Assembly (NCBI GenBank): GCA_044229975.1
Contig: JBGARZ010000002.1
Coordinates: 576,001-640,000, forward strand
Reading direction: 5' to 3'
Source: Polyangiales bacterium
GTDB taxonomy: Bacteria > Myxococcota_A > Polyangia > Polyangiales > Ga0077539
Length of the DNA: 64,000 bases
Shown: positions 48,641 through 57,979 of the stretch, piece by piece
Layout of the letters: each line of letters begins with the position of its first letter
Numbering within the stretch: position 1 is the stretch's first letter
The notes under the pieces: generated by a model
Seen by the model: the letters and a program-made list of their open reading frames with translations, nothing else
What the model was told of the DNA's origin: nothing
Database searches by the model: none
Position numbers and translations under genes: made by a program

Positions 48641-49108
48641 TCAGAACGTCGTGCGCACGCGGTTGGTCCCCTCGGGGACCGGTCGCGGCTCGTCGGCGCG
48701 GCGGTCTTCCTTCACCACCTCGGCGTCGGGCGTGCGGTGCCCGAGCGCCGCTTCGATCATGTCGCGCGCCTGCTCGGGCGTCTGGTCGGAAGCCTCCACG
48801 ATGATGCGCTTGAACTCGTCGTGCTGGAGCTCGATGACGAGGGCGTTGTTCTCGTCGTGGACGTCGCAGAACACGTTGCCCGAACCGTCGGCCATCAGCA
48901 GCGTGCCCGCCACGATGAGCCCGGTGTGGCGCACGCCGCGAAACTGCGACCCCACGGGCATGTACATCACCTTTGAGATGTCGGGCCGCGCGGTGACGCT
49001 GACGATGTGGGCCAGCGGGACGGTGATCGAGCTCCGCAGCGCGAACACCTTGTCGAGGCCCTCCATGTTCACGGTGAGCGCCTGATCCTTGATCGCGAGT
49101 GTTGCCAT
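48641..49108 (-). CDS. hypothetical protein, bacterial PH-like
   Basis: DKVFALRSSITVPLAHI...GLIVAGT...; GGAGG RBS. Confidence 0.7.
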   Translation of the reverse strand: MATLAIKDQALTVNMEGLDKVFALRSSITVPLAHIVSVTARPDISKVMYMPVGSQFRGVRHTGLIVAGTLLMADGSGNVFCDVHDENNALVIELQHDEFKRIIVEASDQTPEQARDMIEAALGHRTPDAEVVKEDRRADEPRPVPEGTNRVRTTF

Positions 49109-49207
49109 GAGCGGCCTCCGTGTCGGCGCTCCCATCGCTCCGCCAGGAGCTTGATGAGCGGCGCGCCTACGGGTCTGCCTGTTGCCACCCCGGCGTAGCG
49201 TCAAGGC

Positions 49208-50575
49208 TCACCCCAGGGGGCGCTGCCGCACGATCATTCGCATCCCGTGCTTGGGCACCAGCGTGACGCGCGGCTGCACCTCGACCGGGTGACCGGGCAC
49301 CAGCGACAGCCGATGCCGCTGCATCAGCACCGCCAACAGCAGCCTCGCCTCGACCATCGCAAACGAGCGCCCGATGCACGCCCGCGGACCCGCGCCGAAG
49401 GGCAGCCACGCGAGCTTCGGCAGCGCGGCCTCACCCTCCGGCGAGAAACGCTCGGGACGAAACGCCGCGTGGTCGGCGAACCATCTCGGGTCGCGATGGG
49501 TCATGTAGATCCACAGCACCACCTCGCTGCCCTTCGGAACAGCGTGCCCGCCGATCTCCGTGTCCTCGGCCGCCTGTCGCGCGACCATGTACACGGGCGG
49601 ATAGAGCCGCATCGACTCCTTGATGACCTGCTCGGTGTACGGCAGCGCATCGAGGTCGGCGAGCGTGGGCAGCCGGCCGCCCAGCACACCATCGAGCTCG
49701 GCGTGCAGCGCGCTCTCCGCGGATGGGTTCTGCGAGAGCAGGTACAGCGTCCAGGTGAGGGCGTGCGACGTGGTCTCATGCCCGGCGAGGAAGAGCGTCA
49801 CGAGCTGGTCGCGCATCTCCCGCAGCGAGAGCCCCTGTCCGTCGCCCTCGTCATCGCGGGCGTCGACGAGCATCTGGAGCAGGTCGCTGCGACCGCCAGC
49901 GCCCAAGCCCTCGGCGCGGCGGCGCTCGATCATTCCGTGGATGATGCGATCGAGCGTCGCGACGGCGCGGTCGAGCCTCCGTCGCCACGGCGACGGGACC
50001 CACTTCGGGAGGAAGTCAGGCACCGAGAGCGAGTCCTGAAACGCCGTCATCGCCCCCGCGACGTCGCCCACGTCGCCGCTCGCGTCGTGGCCGAAGAGCG
50101 TTCGTCCGACCACGCGCAACGTGAGGGCCATCATGTCCGTGGAGAGGTCGCGCTCCTCACCGTCGCGCCATTGCGCGGTGGTGCGGGCGGCCTCGTCGAC
50201 CATGGCCGCGGCGTAGCCCTCCATGCGAGCGCGAGCGAAGGCGGGCTGCACCATGCGCCGCTGCCGCTGCCACGTCGCGCCGTCGCTGGTGAGCAGTCCG
50301 TCCCCGAGCACCGTGGCGAGCTGCCGGAAGGCGCTGTGGGTCTTGGTGTACTTCGCCGCGTGGGTGACGAGAACGTCTCGCAGGTGGTCGGGGTGGCGCA
50401 GCACGAAGAGGTCGCCGCGGCGGGTGGTGACCCGGTAGAGGTCGCCGTAGCGGGCGAAGCGGCCGGCCACCACGCCCAGCGGGTCGAAGAGAAATCCCGC
50501 TTGCTGGAAGAGCGCCGTCCAGCGCCCTCCAGCGGTTGGTCCGAGGAGGGTTGGCGCAGTCGGTGTCGCGGTCAT
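49208..50575 (-). CDS. cytochrome P450
   Basis: FLAGHETT, ESMRLYPP, FRPERF and FGAGPRACIG motifs. Confidence 0.95.
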   Translation of the reverse strand: MTATPTAPTLLGPTAGGRWTALFQQAGFLFDPLGVVAGRFARYGDLYRVTTRRGDLFVLRHPDHLRDVLVTHAAKYTKTHSAFRQLATVLGDGLLTSDGATWQRQRRMVQPAFARARMEGYAAAMVDEAARTTAQWRDGEERDLSTDMMALTLRVVGRTLFGHDASGDVGDVAGAMTAFQDSLSVPDFLPKWVPSPWRRRLDRAVATLDRIIHGMIERRRAEGLGAGGRSDLLQMLVDARDDEGDGQGLSLREMRDQLVTLFLAGHETTSHALTWTLYLLSQNPSAESALHAELDGVLGGRLPTLADLDALPYTEQVIKESMRLYPPVYMVARQAAEDTEIGGHAVPKGSEVVLWIYMTHRDPRWFADHAAFRPERFSPEGEAALPKLAWLPFGAGPRACIGRSFAMVEARLLLAVLMQRHRLSLVPGHPVEVQPRVTLVPKHGMRMIVRQRPLG

Positions 50576-52188
50576 CGCGCGGAGGGTACGCGCGTCGGCT
50601 CGTCGGGTCGCGGGGGGTCGTCGGCCTCCGCACGGGAGATGGAGCCGTCACCATCGTCGTCGAGCGCCCGCAGGATTCCATCGACGAGCAGTGGCGATGG
50701 CACGCTGCCCGTGGTCTCCGCGAGGGCCTCCCGCAGCTCGGACTTCGACACCGCCTTGTCCTGGTTGGCGTCGACGCCCTCGAAGCGTCCGAGTTGTCGC
50801 CAGAGCGACATGGAGAAGGCGTCCACGACGATCATCTTCAGCTCGCGTCCGCTGTCGCGGGCTGGGATGCGCTCGGGGTGCTGCTCGGCGAAGAGGCGCA
50901 GCGGCTCGATGTGGTCCATCCCGTCGAAGAGCACCCGCACGGTCGCCACGCGGTAGTCGCGCGCGTCGTCCAGCGCCTTTCCCCCGATGGCGGTCACGGT
51001 GTCGCTCGCGTCGACCGTCACGCCGTCGTCCACCTGGAGGAAGCCCGGCGCCGGTCGCGGGGCCTTCGACCGCGACGCTGCCACGGCCTCGCGCAGCACG
51101 CGCCCCGGAACCGCCGCCACCACCACCTCGTTGGCGAAGGGCAGCTCGGACTCCAGGTCGCCGTAGGTGAACGCCTTGCTGTACTCGCGGTTGGCGCGGA
51201 TGCCGCCGCCGTTGATGAGGCACACGTCGGCGCCGAGCGCGTCGCGCACGCACGAGGCGATGAGCGTCCCGACGGAGGTCTGTCGGACGCGCGTTCCCAG
51301 GGAGGAGAGGGTCTGTCCTTCGGCGAGCGTGAGGAAGGTCGCGGCGTTGAGCGCCTTCACGGGCTGCATGTGCTGGTCGACGAGGGCGCGCAGCGAAGCG
51401 TCTTCGGGGTAGTCCGCCACGGGCACGAGGCGCACGGCGACGGTCGGCAGGTCGGGCTCGCCGACGGGTGCCACCTCGGGCCACGCGAGGTCGACCACCG
51501 CGGCATAGGCGGCATCGGCGCCCGCCTTGATGACCCACGCGCTGCCGACCTGCTCGATGTACGGCTCGTGCTCGTGCCCCGCCACCACCAGCGGAACCGG
51601 CGGGTCCCCCTGCTGCAACGCCAGCGCACGATCGCGGGCGAGCGACTGGTGCGTGAGCGCGATGACGCACGCGCAGCCCGACACGTCGGCGAGCGTCCGC
51701 GCGGTGCCGAGCACGGCGTCGTTGGCGGGCAGCATCGGCAGTCCCCCAAACGCCCCCGGGCGGTAGAGCGACGGGTCTTCGGTCACCACGCCCACGAGCC
51801 CCACGCGCACCGCGCGGGTCGCGGCGCCCTGCACCACGACGACCTCCGAGGCCGGGAGCGACGGCTCGTAGCCGGGGACGTTGGTGTTGAGCCACGTCCC
51901 ACGAAACTCCCTCACGCGCTTCGAGAGCGCCTCCGCGGGGACGTCCTGCTCGTGGTTGCCGAAGCAGGTGTGGGTGATGGGGATGGCGTTGAGGCAGTCG
52001 ATCATCCCGGCGCCTCGGTCGAGGCTCGACAGCAGGCTCGGCGCCACGAAGTCACCGGCCAGCGTGGTGAGGAGCCGGTCGGCCGGCGCCACCGTCGCCG
52101 CCTCGCGCACGAGGCTCTTCAAGCGCGGGAGGTGTTCGAGCGAATAGACGTCGTTGACGCAGACGAGGCGCAGCGTGGGTCCTGGCAT
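50572..52188 (-). CDS. bifunctional metallophosphatase/5'-nucleotidase with C-terminal EF-hands
   Basis: NDVY, AGDF, GNHE, TH, GHEH and INGGGIR motifs; EF loops DANQDKAVSKSE and DDDGDGSISRAE; no signal peptide. Confidence 0.85.
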   Translation of the reverse strand: MPGPTLRLVCVNDVYSLEHLPRLKSLVREAATVAPADRLLTTLAGDFVAPSLLSSLDRGAGMIDCLNAIPITHTCFGNHEQDVPAEALSKRVREFRGTWLNTNVPGYEPSLPASEVVVVQGAATRAVRVGLVGVVTEDPSLYRPGAFGGLPMLPANDAVLGTARTLADVSGCACVIALTHQSLARDRALALQQGDPPVPLVVAGHEHEPYIEQVGSAWVIKAGADAAYAAVVDLAWPEVAPVGEPDLPTVAVRLVPVADYPEDASLRALVDQHMQPVKALNAATFLTLAEGQTLSSLGTRVRQTSVGTLIASCVRDALGADVCLINGGGIRANREYSKAFTYGDLESELPFANEVVVAAVPGRVLREAVAASRSKAPRPAPGFLQVDDGVTVDASDTVTAIGGKALDDARDYRVATVRVLFDGMDHIEPLRLFAEQHPERIPARDSGRELKMIVVDAFSMSLWRQLGRFEGVDANQDKAVSKSELREALAETTGSVPSPLLVDGILRALDDDGDGSISRAEADDPPRPDEPTRVPSAR

Positions 52189-52280
52189 TGGGGGTGACGA
52201 GTGTCCGCCGTCCGTCACGCGGAGGCCAGCGCGGTGAAGGGCGTTGCGGTCGTGCGTCGCATGGGCGAGACAGCCCGACA

Positions 52281-54476
52281 GTGCTCCGCCGCTACACCCT
52301 GACGACGCTGCTCGGTTCGGCGCTGCTCTTCGCGGTGCAGCCCCTCGTCGCCCGCGCGCTCCTGCCCCTCACCGGCGGCGTCCCCGCCCTCTGGAACACC
52401 TGCGTCGTCTTCTTCCAGGTCGCCCTCCTCGCCGGCTACGGCTACGCCCACTTCGCGCCGTCGCGCCTCTCGCCGCGCGCCCACGCGGCGCTCCACGTCG
52501 CCCTCCTCGCCCTCGCGCTCGCGACGCTGCCCTTCGGCCTCTCCGCCCTCGGCCCCGCGCCCGATGGCGACCCGACGTGGTGGCTCCTGTCGGCGCTGCT
52601 CCGCCGCGTGGCGCCCGTCTTCGTCCTGCTCTCCACCGGCGCGCCACTATTGCAGCGCTGGTACGCAGGCGCCCCCGATGGCGACCTCCGACCGCTGCTC
52701 GCGGCCAGCAACGTCGGCAGCCTCGCGGCGCTGCTCGCCTACCCCCTCGTCGTCGAACCGCTGCTCCCGCTCGCCGCCCAGTCCCGCGCCTTCACCGCGG
52801 CGTACGCCGTCTACGTGGTGCTCGTCGCCGCATGCGCGTGGTCGGCGCCGCGCGGTCCGTCGGCGGAGCCCGCCGTCTTCGCTCCGACGCCCGTGCGCGT
52901 CTGGCTGCGCTTCGTCGCCCTCGCCTTCGTCCCGTCGAGCCTGATGATGGGCGTCACCACCCACCTCGCCACGGACGTCGGATCGTTTCCGCTGCTCTGG
53001 GTGGTGCCGCTCGCCATCTACCTCGCGAGCTTCGTCGTCGTGTTCGCGCGACCGCCCGCCGACGCGCCGTCACCGCGCGTCACGGCGCCGTACCTCGCGC
53101 TGCTGCTGCTGATGTTCTTGTTCACGGCCCCGCAGGTGGCCACGCGCCTGCCGCTCATCATCGGGCACCTCTGCCTCTTCACGGCGACCGCGCTCCTGCT
53201 GCACGGCGAGCTCGCCCGCACCCGCGCGCTCGCGGGCTCGGTCACCGCCTTCCAGCTCGCCATCGCCGTTGGTGGTGCGCTCGGCGGCGCCTTCAACGCG
53301 CTCGTCGCGCCGCGCCTCTTCGTGCGCGTCACCGAGTACCCGCTCGCCATGGCCCTCGCCATCCTGCTGGTCCCTGAGCCTCCGCCCCCAGCCGATCCGC
53401 GTGACCGCGAGGAAGCCTTCCTGCGCGCTATGGGCGCCGACCCGGTGGCCGTTCTCGGCGCACGACCGCCGCGTCCCGTTCGTCCGCGCTACACGGCCCG
53501 CGACCTCGTCGTTCCGCTCGCGGTGGGCGCCCTCGCGCTCCTGCTCTTCCGCGCGCCGGAGGTCACCCGCGCGGCCTCGCTCGTGCGCTACGGGTTGCCG
53601 CTGATGCTGCTGGTGCTCGCCTCCATCGGCCGTCGCGCGCGGCTCGCGGCGGGCCTCGTGGCGATCCTCCTCGCGGGTCGCTTCGACCGCGCCATGGTGC
53701 ACGCCTCGCGCACCTTCTACGGCGTGATGCGCGTCGAAGACGTCCACGGCGTCCGACGCTTTCTGCACGGCACGACCCTCCACGGCTTGCAGTACCTCTC
53801 GGCCAAGCAACGCCTCGAACCCGTTGCCTACTACGCCGGGCGCAGCCCCATCGGGCAGGTGATGGGCGCCCTCGGACCGTCGCTCGACGGTCGCACCGTC
53901 GGCGTGGTGGGCCTCGGCGTCGGGATGCTCCTCGCCCACGCGCGCCCCGCCCAGCGCTGGACCTTCTACGAGCTCGACCCCGAGGTCGACGCCATCGCGC
54001 GCCGTCACTTCACCTGGCTCCGCGACGCGCGCGCCCCGTGGAGCGTCCTCACCGGCGACGCGCGACGCACCCTCGCCCGCGACCGTCACGCGCGCCACGG
54101 GCTGCTCGTGCTCGATGCGTTCAGCTCCGACGCCATCCCGACGCACCTGCTCACCCGCGAGGCCCTCGCGCTCTACCTCGCGCGCACCGACGCCCGCGGC
54201 GTGCTCGCCTTCCACGTCACCAACCGTCACGTCGCGCTCGATGGCGTGCTCGCGGCCCTCGCGCGCGACGCCTCGCTCGTCGCCCTCCGCGGACGCGGGA
54301 CCTCCCTCGGCCCGGATGGTCCCATCACCACGACCTGGGTCCTCGTCGCCCGTCGCCGCGAAGACCTCCTCGGCCTCGACACCGACCCGCGCTGGCAACG
54401 CCTCGAAGCCCGCGCCGGCTCCGCCGCCTGGACCGACGACTTCTCCAACATCCTCGGCGTCATCCGCTGGCGCTGA
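52281..54476 (+). CDS. fused membrane domain/spermidine-synthase-like SAM-binding protein
   Basis: LLFAVQPL...WNTCVVFFQ; many TM helices; HGTTLHG, VGLGVG, ELDPEV, LDAFSSDAIPTHL and WTDDFSN motifs. Confidence 0.9.
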   Translation: MLRRYTLTTLLGSALLFAVQPLVARALLPLTGGVPALWNTCVVFFQVALLAGYGYAHFAPSRLSPRAHAALHVALLALALATLPFGLSALGPAPDGDPTWWLLSALLRRVAPVFVLLSTGAPLLQRWYAGAPDGDLRPLLAASNVGSLAALLAYPLVVEPLLPLAAQSRAFTAAYAVYVVLVAACAWSAPRGPSAEPAVFAPTPVRVWLRFVALAFVPSSLMMGVTTHLATDVGSFPLLWVVPLAIYLASFVVVFARPPADAPSPRVTAPYLALLLLMFLFTAPQVATRLPLIIGHLCLFTATALLLHGELARTRALAGSVTAFQLAIAVGGALGGAFNALVAPRLFVRVTEYPLAMALAILLVPEPPPPADPRDREEAFLRAMGADPVAVLGARPPRPVRPRYTARDLVVPLAVGALALLLFRAPEVTRAASLVRYGLPLMLLVLASIGRRARLAAGLVAILLAGRFDRAMVHASRTFYGVMRVEDVHGVRRFLHGTTLHGLQYLSAKQRLEPVAYYAGRSPIGQVMGALGPSLDGRTVGVVGLGVGMLLAHARPAQRWTFYELDPEVDAIARRHFTWLRDARAPWSVLTGDARRTLARDRHARHGLLVLDAFSSDAIPTHLLTREALALYLARTDARGVLAFHVTNRHVALDGVLAALARDASLVALRGRGTSLGPDGPITTTWVLVARRREDLLGLDTDPRWQRLEARAGSAAWTDDFSNILGVIRWR

Positions 54477-54614
54477 CATCAATGTCAGACAATGACCTCG
54501 CGCGGTCACCCGACCGATGTGGGCTTTCCCATCGCGGGCGCGTCAGCTACGACGGCCCTGCCGCGCGCCACCGTGATCGTTGCGGTGCCATCGTAGATCC
54601 CGAGGAAACGGTCC

Positions 54615-55778
54615 ATGCATTCGAGTGCTCGTTGGTTGGCAGCAGGTCTCCTGGTCTCCCTCTCCTTCGCCTGTAGCGCGCGCGGCGGCGGTGGTGGCTT
54701 CATCGACCCCGACGCTGCGACGGGCAGCGACGTCACCCCGTCACCGATGGACTCGGCGAGCCCGACCCCCGACACCGGGAAGACTCCCTCCGACGTGGGC
54801 TTCGCCAACGACCTCGCCACGCCGCCGACCGACAACGGCGGCCCGCCCGTCGACCTCGGGGTGCCCGCGCGGTGCGGTGATGGCCTGTGCACCAGCGGCG
54901 AGACGTGCACCTCGTGCCCGGGAGATTGCGGCGCGTGCCCGGCCCGCTGCGGCGACGGCGCCTGCCAGAGCAGCGAGAACTGCACCTCGTGTCCCGGCGA
55001 CTGCGGCGCCTGTCCGGCGAGCTGCGGCGACGGGAGCTGCGCGGGCGGCGAGACCTGCATGACGTGCACGCCCGACTGCGGGGCCTGCGCACCCCGCTGC
55101 GGCGATGGCACCTGCAACGGCTCCGACACCTGCACCAACTGCCCCGGCGACTGCGGCGCCTGCCCGCCCTCGTGCGGCAGCCTCGGCAACTGCGCGGCGT
55201 GCGCGGCCAATCCCGCGTGCGGGTGGTGCACCTTCCCGGGCCAGTGCGAGGCCGGCAATAGCTCGGGTCCGACCAACGGGAGCTCGTTCTGTCCGACCCT
55301 GGGCTCGTGGATTCGTTCGACGAGCGCGTGCTCGGCGCCCGACGCCGGCTTCGTCGACGCCGGGGCTCCCAACATCACCGCGGCCTGCGTGAGCACCAGC
55401 ACCGGGACGTCGGCCCAGTGCGGGTGGATCCTCGAACGCTCGATCACCTGTACGAGCGGCACCAGCGTGCTGGTCGGCTGCACACCTCCAGCGGGCGACG
55501 CGGGCACCGGGGTCGACCCCTGCCCCACTCCGCTCGGGTCTTCCCTGGGTGACCCGATGATCCGGGTCTGCGCGGGCTCTGGTCCCTGCTCCACGGGGCT
55601 CACGCTCGCTCCCACGGCATCCGCCGCGCCCGGGGCCAACGCCGCGGATGACGGGTGCGGGGTCGGTCCGCTCGGCCGCTTCACCTGCCCCGCGTCGGGC
55701 GTGGTGAGCGTGTACTGGCGCGCCTACGACAACGCCAACCGGGCCTCCACCCGCTGCACCCTCGGCCGCGGCAGCTGA
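54615..55778 (+). CDS. Cys-rich lipoprotein with four CGDGxC repeats and a PSI-like module
   Basis: Lipobox SFAC; 4x CGDGxC-x3-(E/D)xCxxCxxDCGAC; CGWC. Confidence 0.85.
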   Translation: MHSSARWLAAGLLVSLSFACSARGGGGGFIDPDAATGSDVTPSPMDSASPTPDTGKTPSDVGFANDLATPPTDNGGPPVDLGVPARCGDGLCTSGETCTSCPGDCGACPARCGDGACQSSENCTSCPGDCGACPASCGDGSCAGGETCMTCTPDCGACAPRCGDGTCNGSDTCTNCPGDCGACPPSCGSLGNCAACAANPACGWCTFPGQCEAGNSSGPTNGSSFCPTLGSWIRSTSACSAPDAGFVDAGAPNITAACVSTSTGTSAQCGWILERSITCTSGTSVLVGCTPPAGDAGTGVDPCPTPLGSSLGDPMIRVCAGSGPCSTGLTLAPTASAAPGANAADDGCGVGPLGRFTCPASGVVSVYWRAYDNANRASTRCTLGRGS

Positions 55779-55789
55779 GCGTCGAAACC

Positions 55790-56980
55790 TCACGCCTCCG
55801 CGGCGTGGGCGCGCCGATGGACGGACTCGCGCTCGTAGATGCGGAGCACCGCGAGGGCGAGCGCCATCAACACGGGCCCGAGCAGGAGCCCGATGATGCC
55901 GAAGGCTTCGACCCCTCCGAAGAGCGCGATGAATGTCAGCAGCGTGGGCATCGCGGTGCTTCCGCCGACCAGCCTCGGGCGGATCACGTAGTCCGACACG
56001 ACGACCACCACGAGCACCCCCCAGAGCAGCTCGGCGACGCCGCGCCCCGGGTGGTGCGTCAGAATGAGATAGAGCCCAGCGGGAACCCACACGACGAGCG
56101 TCCCGACGCCCGGGAGTAGCGACGCGACGGCCGTGAGCGCGCCCAGCAGCGCCGGCTCGGGAACGCCCGTGAGCGCGAAGCCGATGCCCGCGAGGAGGCC
56201 CTGCGCGAGGCCCGTGAGTACGGTGCCCGCGAGCACGCTGCGGCCCACGCGACGAAACTCGTCGAAGAGCGCGTGCGTGTGCCGCGGGTGCAGCGGGAGG
56301 ACGTTCTCGATGCGCTGCGTGAGCGCCGACCAGTGCACGAGCGTGAAGTGCAGCGTGATGAGCGCGAAGATCAGACCGAGGATCCAGTGAAACGCCGCGG
56401 CCGCCACGGCCGTCGCGACCGCGGTGGCGTGCGCGGCGACGGAGCCCGCGGACTCGCCGAGTCGGGCGCCGAGGTCACCGACGTGGAGGTGATAGCGGGA
56501 GGCGCTTCGCGCGACGACCTGGCTGAGCGCATCGAGCGGTCCACCGTGATCGAGCGCGCGCGGAATGGCCGCGGCCACCACGCCACCGCGATAGACGACG
56601 AGCCCGAAGAGGAGCGCCGCGGCGCCGACGACGGACACGCCCGCGAGGAGCGTGCACATGAGCGCCGACCAGTCGACGCGACCCCCGAAGCGCGCGCGCA
56701 GCCGACGGTGGAGCGGCTGCATCGTGAAGGCTCCGAGGGCTCCCACGAAGAGGCCGACGGCGACCGGGTGGGCGATCCAGAGCACGGCCGCCACGGCGAG
56801 GAAGGAGCACACCGAGAGGGCGCGGCTCTCGCGCGGGTTGTACAGCGGCGCGATCGCGCCCGGGATGGTGCGACGGTCCCCCGCGTCCTGCGGCAGAAGG
56901 TCGAACGAGGGCCGCGACTCGCGCGACACGGCGGTCAGTGACGGTCGATCGGGTGGGCCGATGCGCACGGCGGCGCTCAC
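55790..56980 (-). CDS. AI-2E family transporter
   Basis: GLAQG, LPGVGTLVVWVP, DYVIRPRL and GGVEAFGIIGLLLGP motifs. Start uncertain. Confidence 0.9.
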   Translation of the reverse strand: MSAAVRIGPPDRPSLTAVSRESRPSFDLLPQDAGDRRTIPGAIAPLYNPRESRALSVCSFLAVAAVLWIAHPVAVGLFVGALGAFTMQPLHRRLRARFGGRVDWSALMCTLLAGVSVVGAAALLFGLVVYRGGVVAAAIPRALDHGGPLDALSQVVARSASRYHLHVGDLGARLGESAGSVAAHATAVATAVAAAAFHWILGLIFALITLHFTLVHWSALTQRIENVLPLHPRHTHALFDEFRRVGRSVLAGTVLTGLAQGLLAGIGFALTGVPEPALLGALTAVASLLPGVGTLVVWVPAGLYLILTHHPGRGVAELLWGVLVVVVVSDYVIRPRLVGGSTAMPTLLTFIALFGGVEAFGIIGLLLGPVLMALALAVLRIYERESVHRRAHAAEA

Positions 56981-57065
56981 GGCTCTGACTCGCGGTGGTC
57001 AAAGCCATGGGGCGAAGGGTGTCGAGTCGGCGTCATGAGGGTCAGGCGTCTCCGAGCACCCCCTG

Positions 57066-57081
57066 AGCAGCCGACATGCCA
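57066..57081 (-). promoter_or_regulatory. putative sigma-54 (-24/-12) promoter upstream of the AI-2E gene
   Basis: TGGCATG-TCGG-CTGCT versus consensus TGGCACG-N4-TTGCW, with correct GG-N10-GC spacing. Confidence 0.45.
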
Positions 57082-57147
57082 CACGGGAAACGTCGTGCGA
57101 CGCGATCGCGGGGTGTGACGGATTGCCTCGACCTGTGGCGGGCGCGA

Positions 57148-57903
57148 CTAGCCCTTCTTCGCGCCCTTTCGCTTCGCCTTGCCCGGCGTGCGACGGAAGC
57201 GCTTGCGCTCCTCACGGTCGGCGCGCAGCGCGAACTTCCCCGCGGTGCAGAGCCGCGCGGCCGTGCGGTCGACGAGGGTCCAGGCGGCGTTGCGCAGCAG
57301 CGAGTGGCGCTTGTCGGCCTCGACGTCGGGCGCGCCCAGGTCGGGGAGACGGGCGGCGAGCAGGGCGACGTGGTCGAGCGCGAGCTTGGCCGCGACGAAG
57401 CGCGCGAGGACGGCGTCGTGCTCCGCCCAGAACGTCGTCAGCTTGCGCGCGTCGTCGTGCAGGTCGGCGACCCCGACGCCGAGCAGCACCTGCTCGCACC
57501 ACTCCAGCACCGTCTTGTCCCCGCGGTACGCGTGGCGGATCGCGTCGACGACGTTCTTCTGCGCGGCGCGCGCGGCGGCGTAGTCCTTGAGTTGCGTCGG
57601 CGTGAGGTTGCCGATCGCCTCCTGGCGGCGCTCGTACTCTTGCTGGAGGTCGGCGAGCCGGGCGACGGCGCGCTCGAAGTCGGCGATCTCGGCGGCGGTG
57701 ATGTCCGCCTCCGGGGTCATCGGCGTGGCGACGAGCGCGTCGCGGTGGTCGTTGGCCGCCGAGACGAGCAGGCGCGCCCAATCGAGGTACTCGCCCACGT
57801 CCGCGGAGGGTCGGCGAACCTCCTCGGCCAGCAGCGTCTCGGGCGGGACGATGGCGGTCTTCGCGGCGGTGCGGGTCGGCTTCTTCCTGGTGCGAGCAGT
57901 CAT
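57148..57903 (-). CDS. hypothetical helical protein with basic termini
   Basis: 251 aa; strong AAGGAGGAGG RBS. Confidence 0.75.
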   Translation of the reverse strand: MTARTRKKPTRTAAKTAIVPPETLLAEEVRRPSADVGEYLDWARLLVSAANDHRDALVATPMTPEADITAAEIADFERAVARLADLQQEYERRQEAIGNLTPTQLKDYAAARAAQKNVVDAIRHAYRGDKTVLEWCEQVLLGVGVADLHDDARKLTTFWAEHDAVLARFVAAKLALDHVALLAARLPDLGAPDVEADKRHSLLRNAAWTLVDRTAARLCTAGKFALRADREERKRFRRTPGKAKRKGAKKG

Positions 57904-57979
57904 CGGAAACCTCCTCCTTGGGGTCGTGGGCGACGGTACCAGCGCACCGCCGTCACCCCCAACAATCCCGAGGCCCCCT

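Noticed and set aside
54872..55165. Regularly spaced DNA repeats resembling a CRISPR array
   Set aside because: Degenerate in-frame coding repeats (CGDGxC); no unique spacers and no cas genes.
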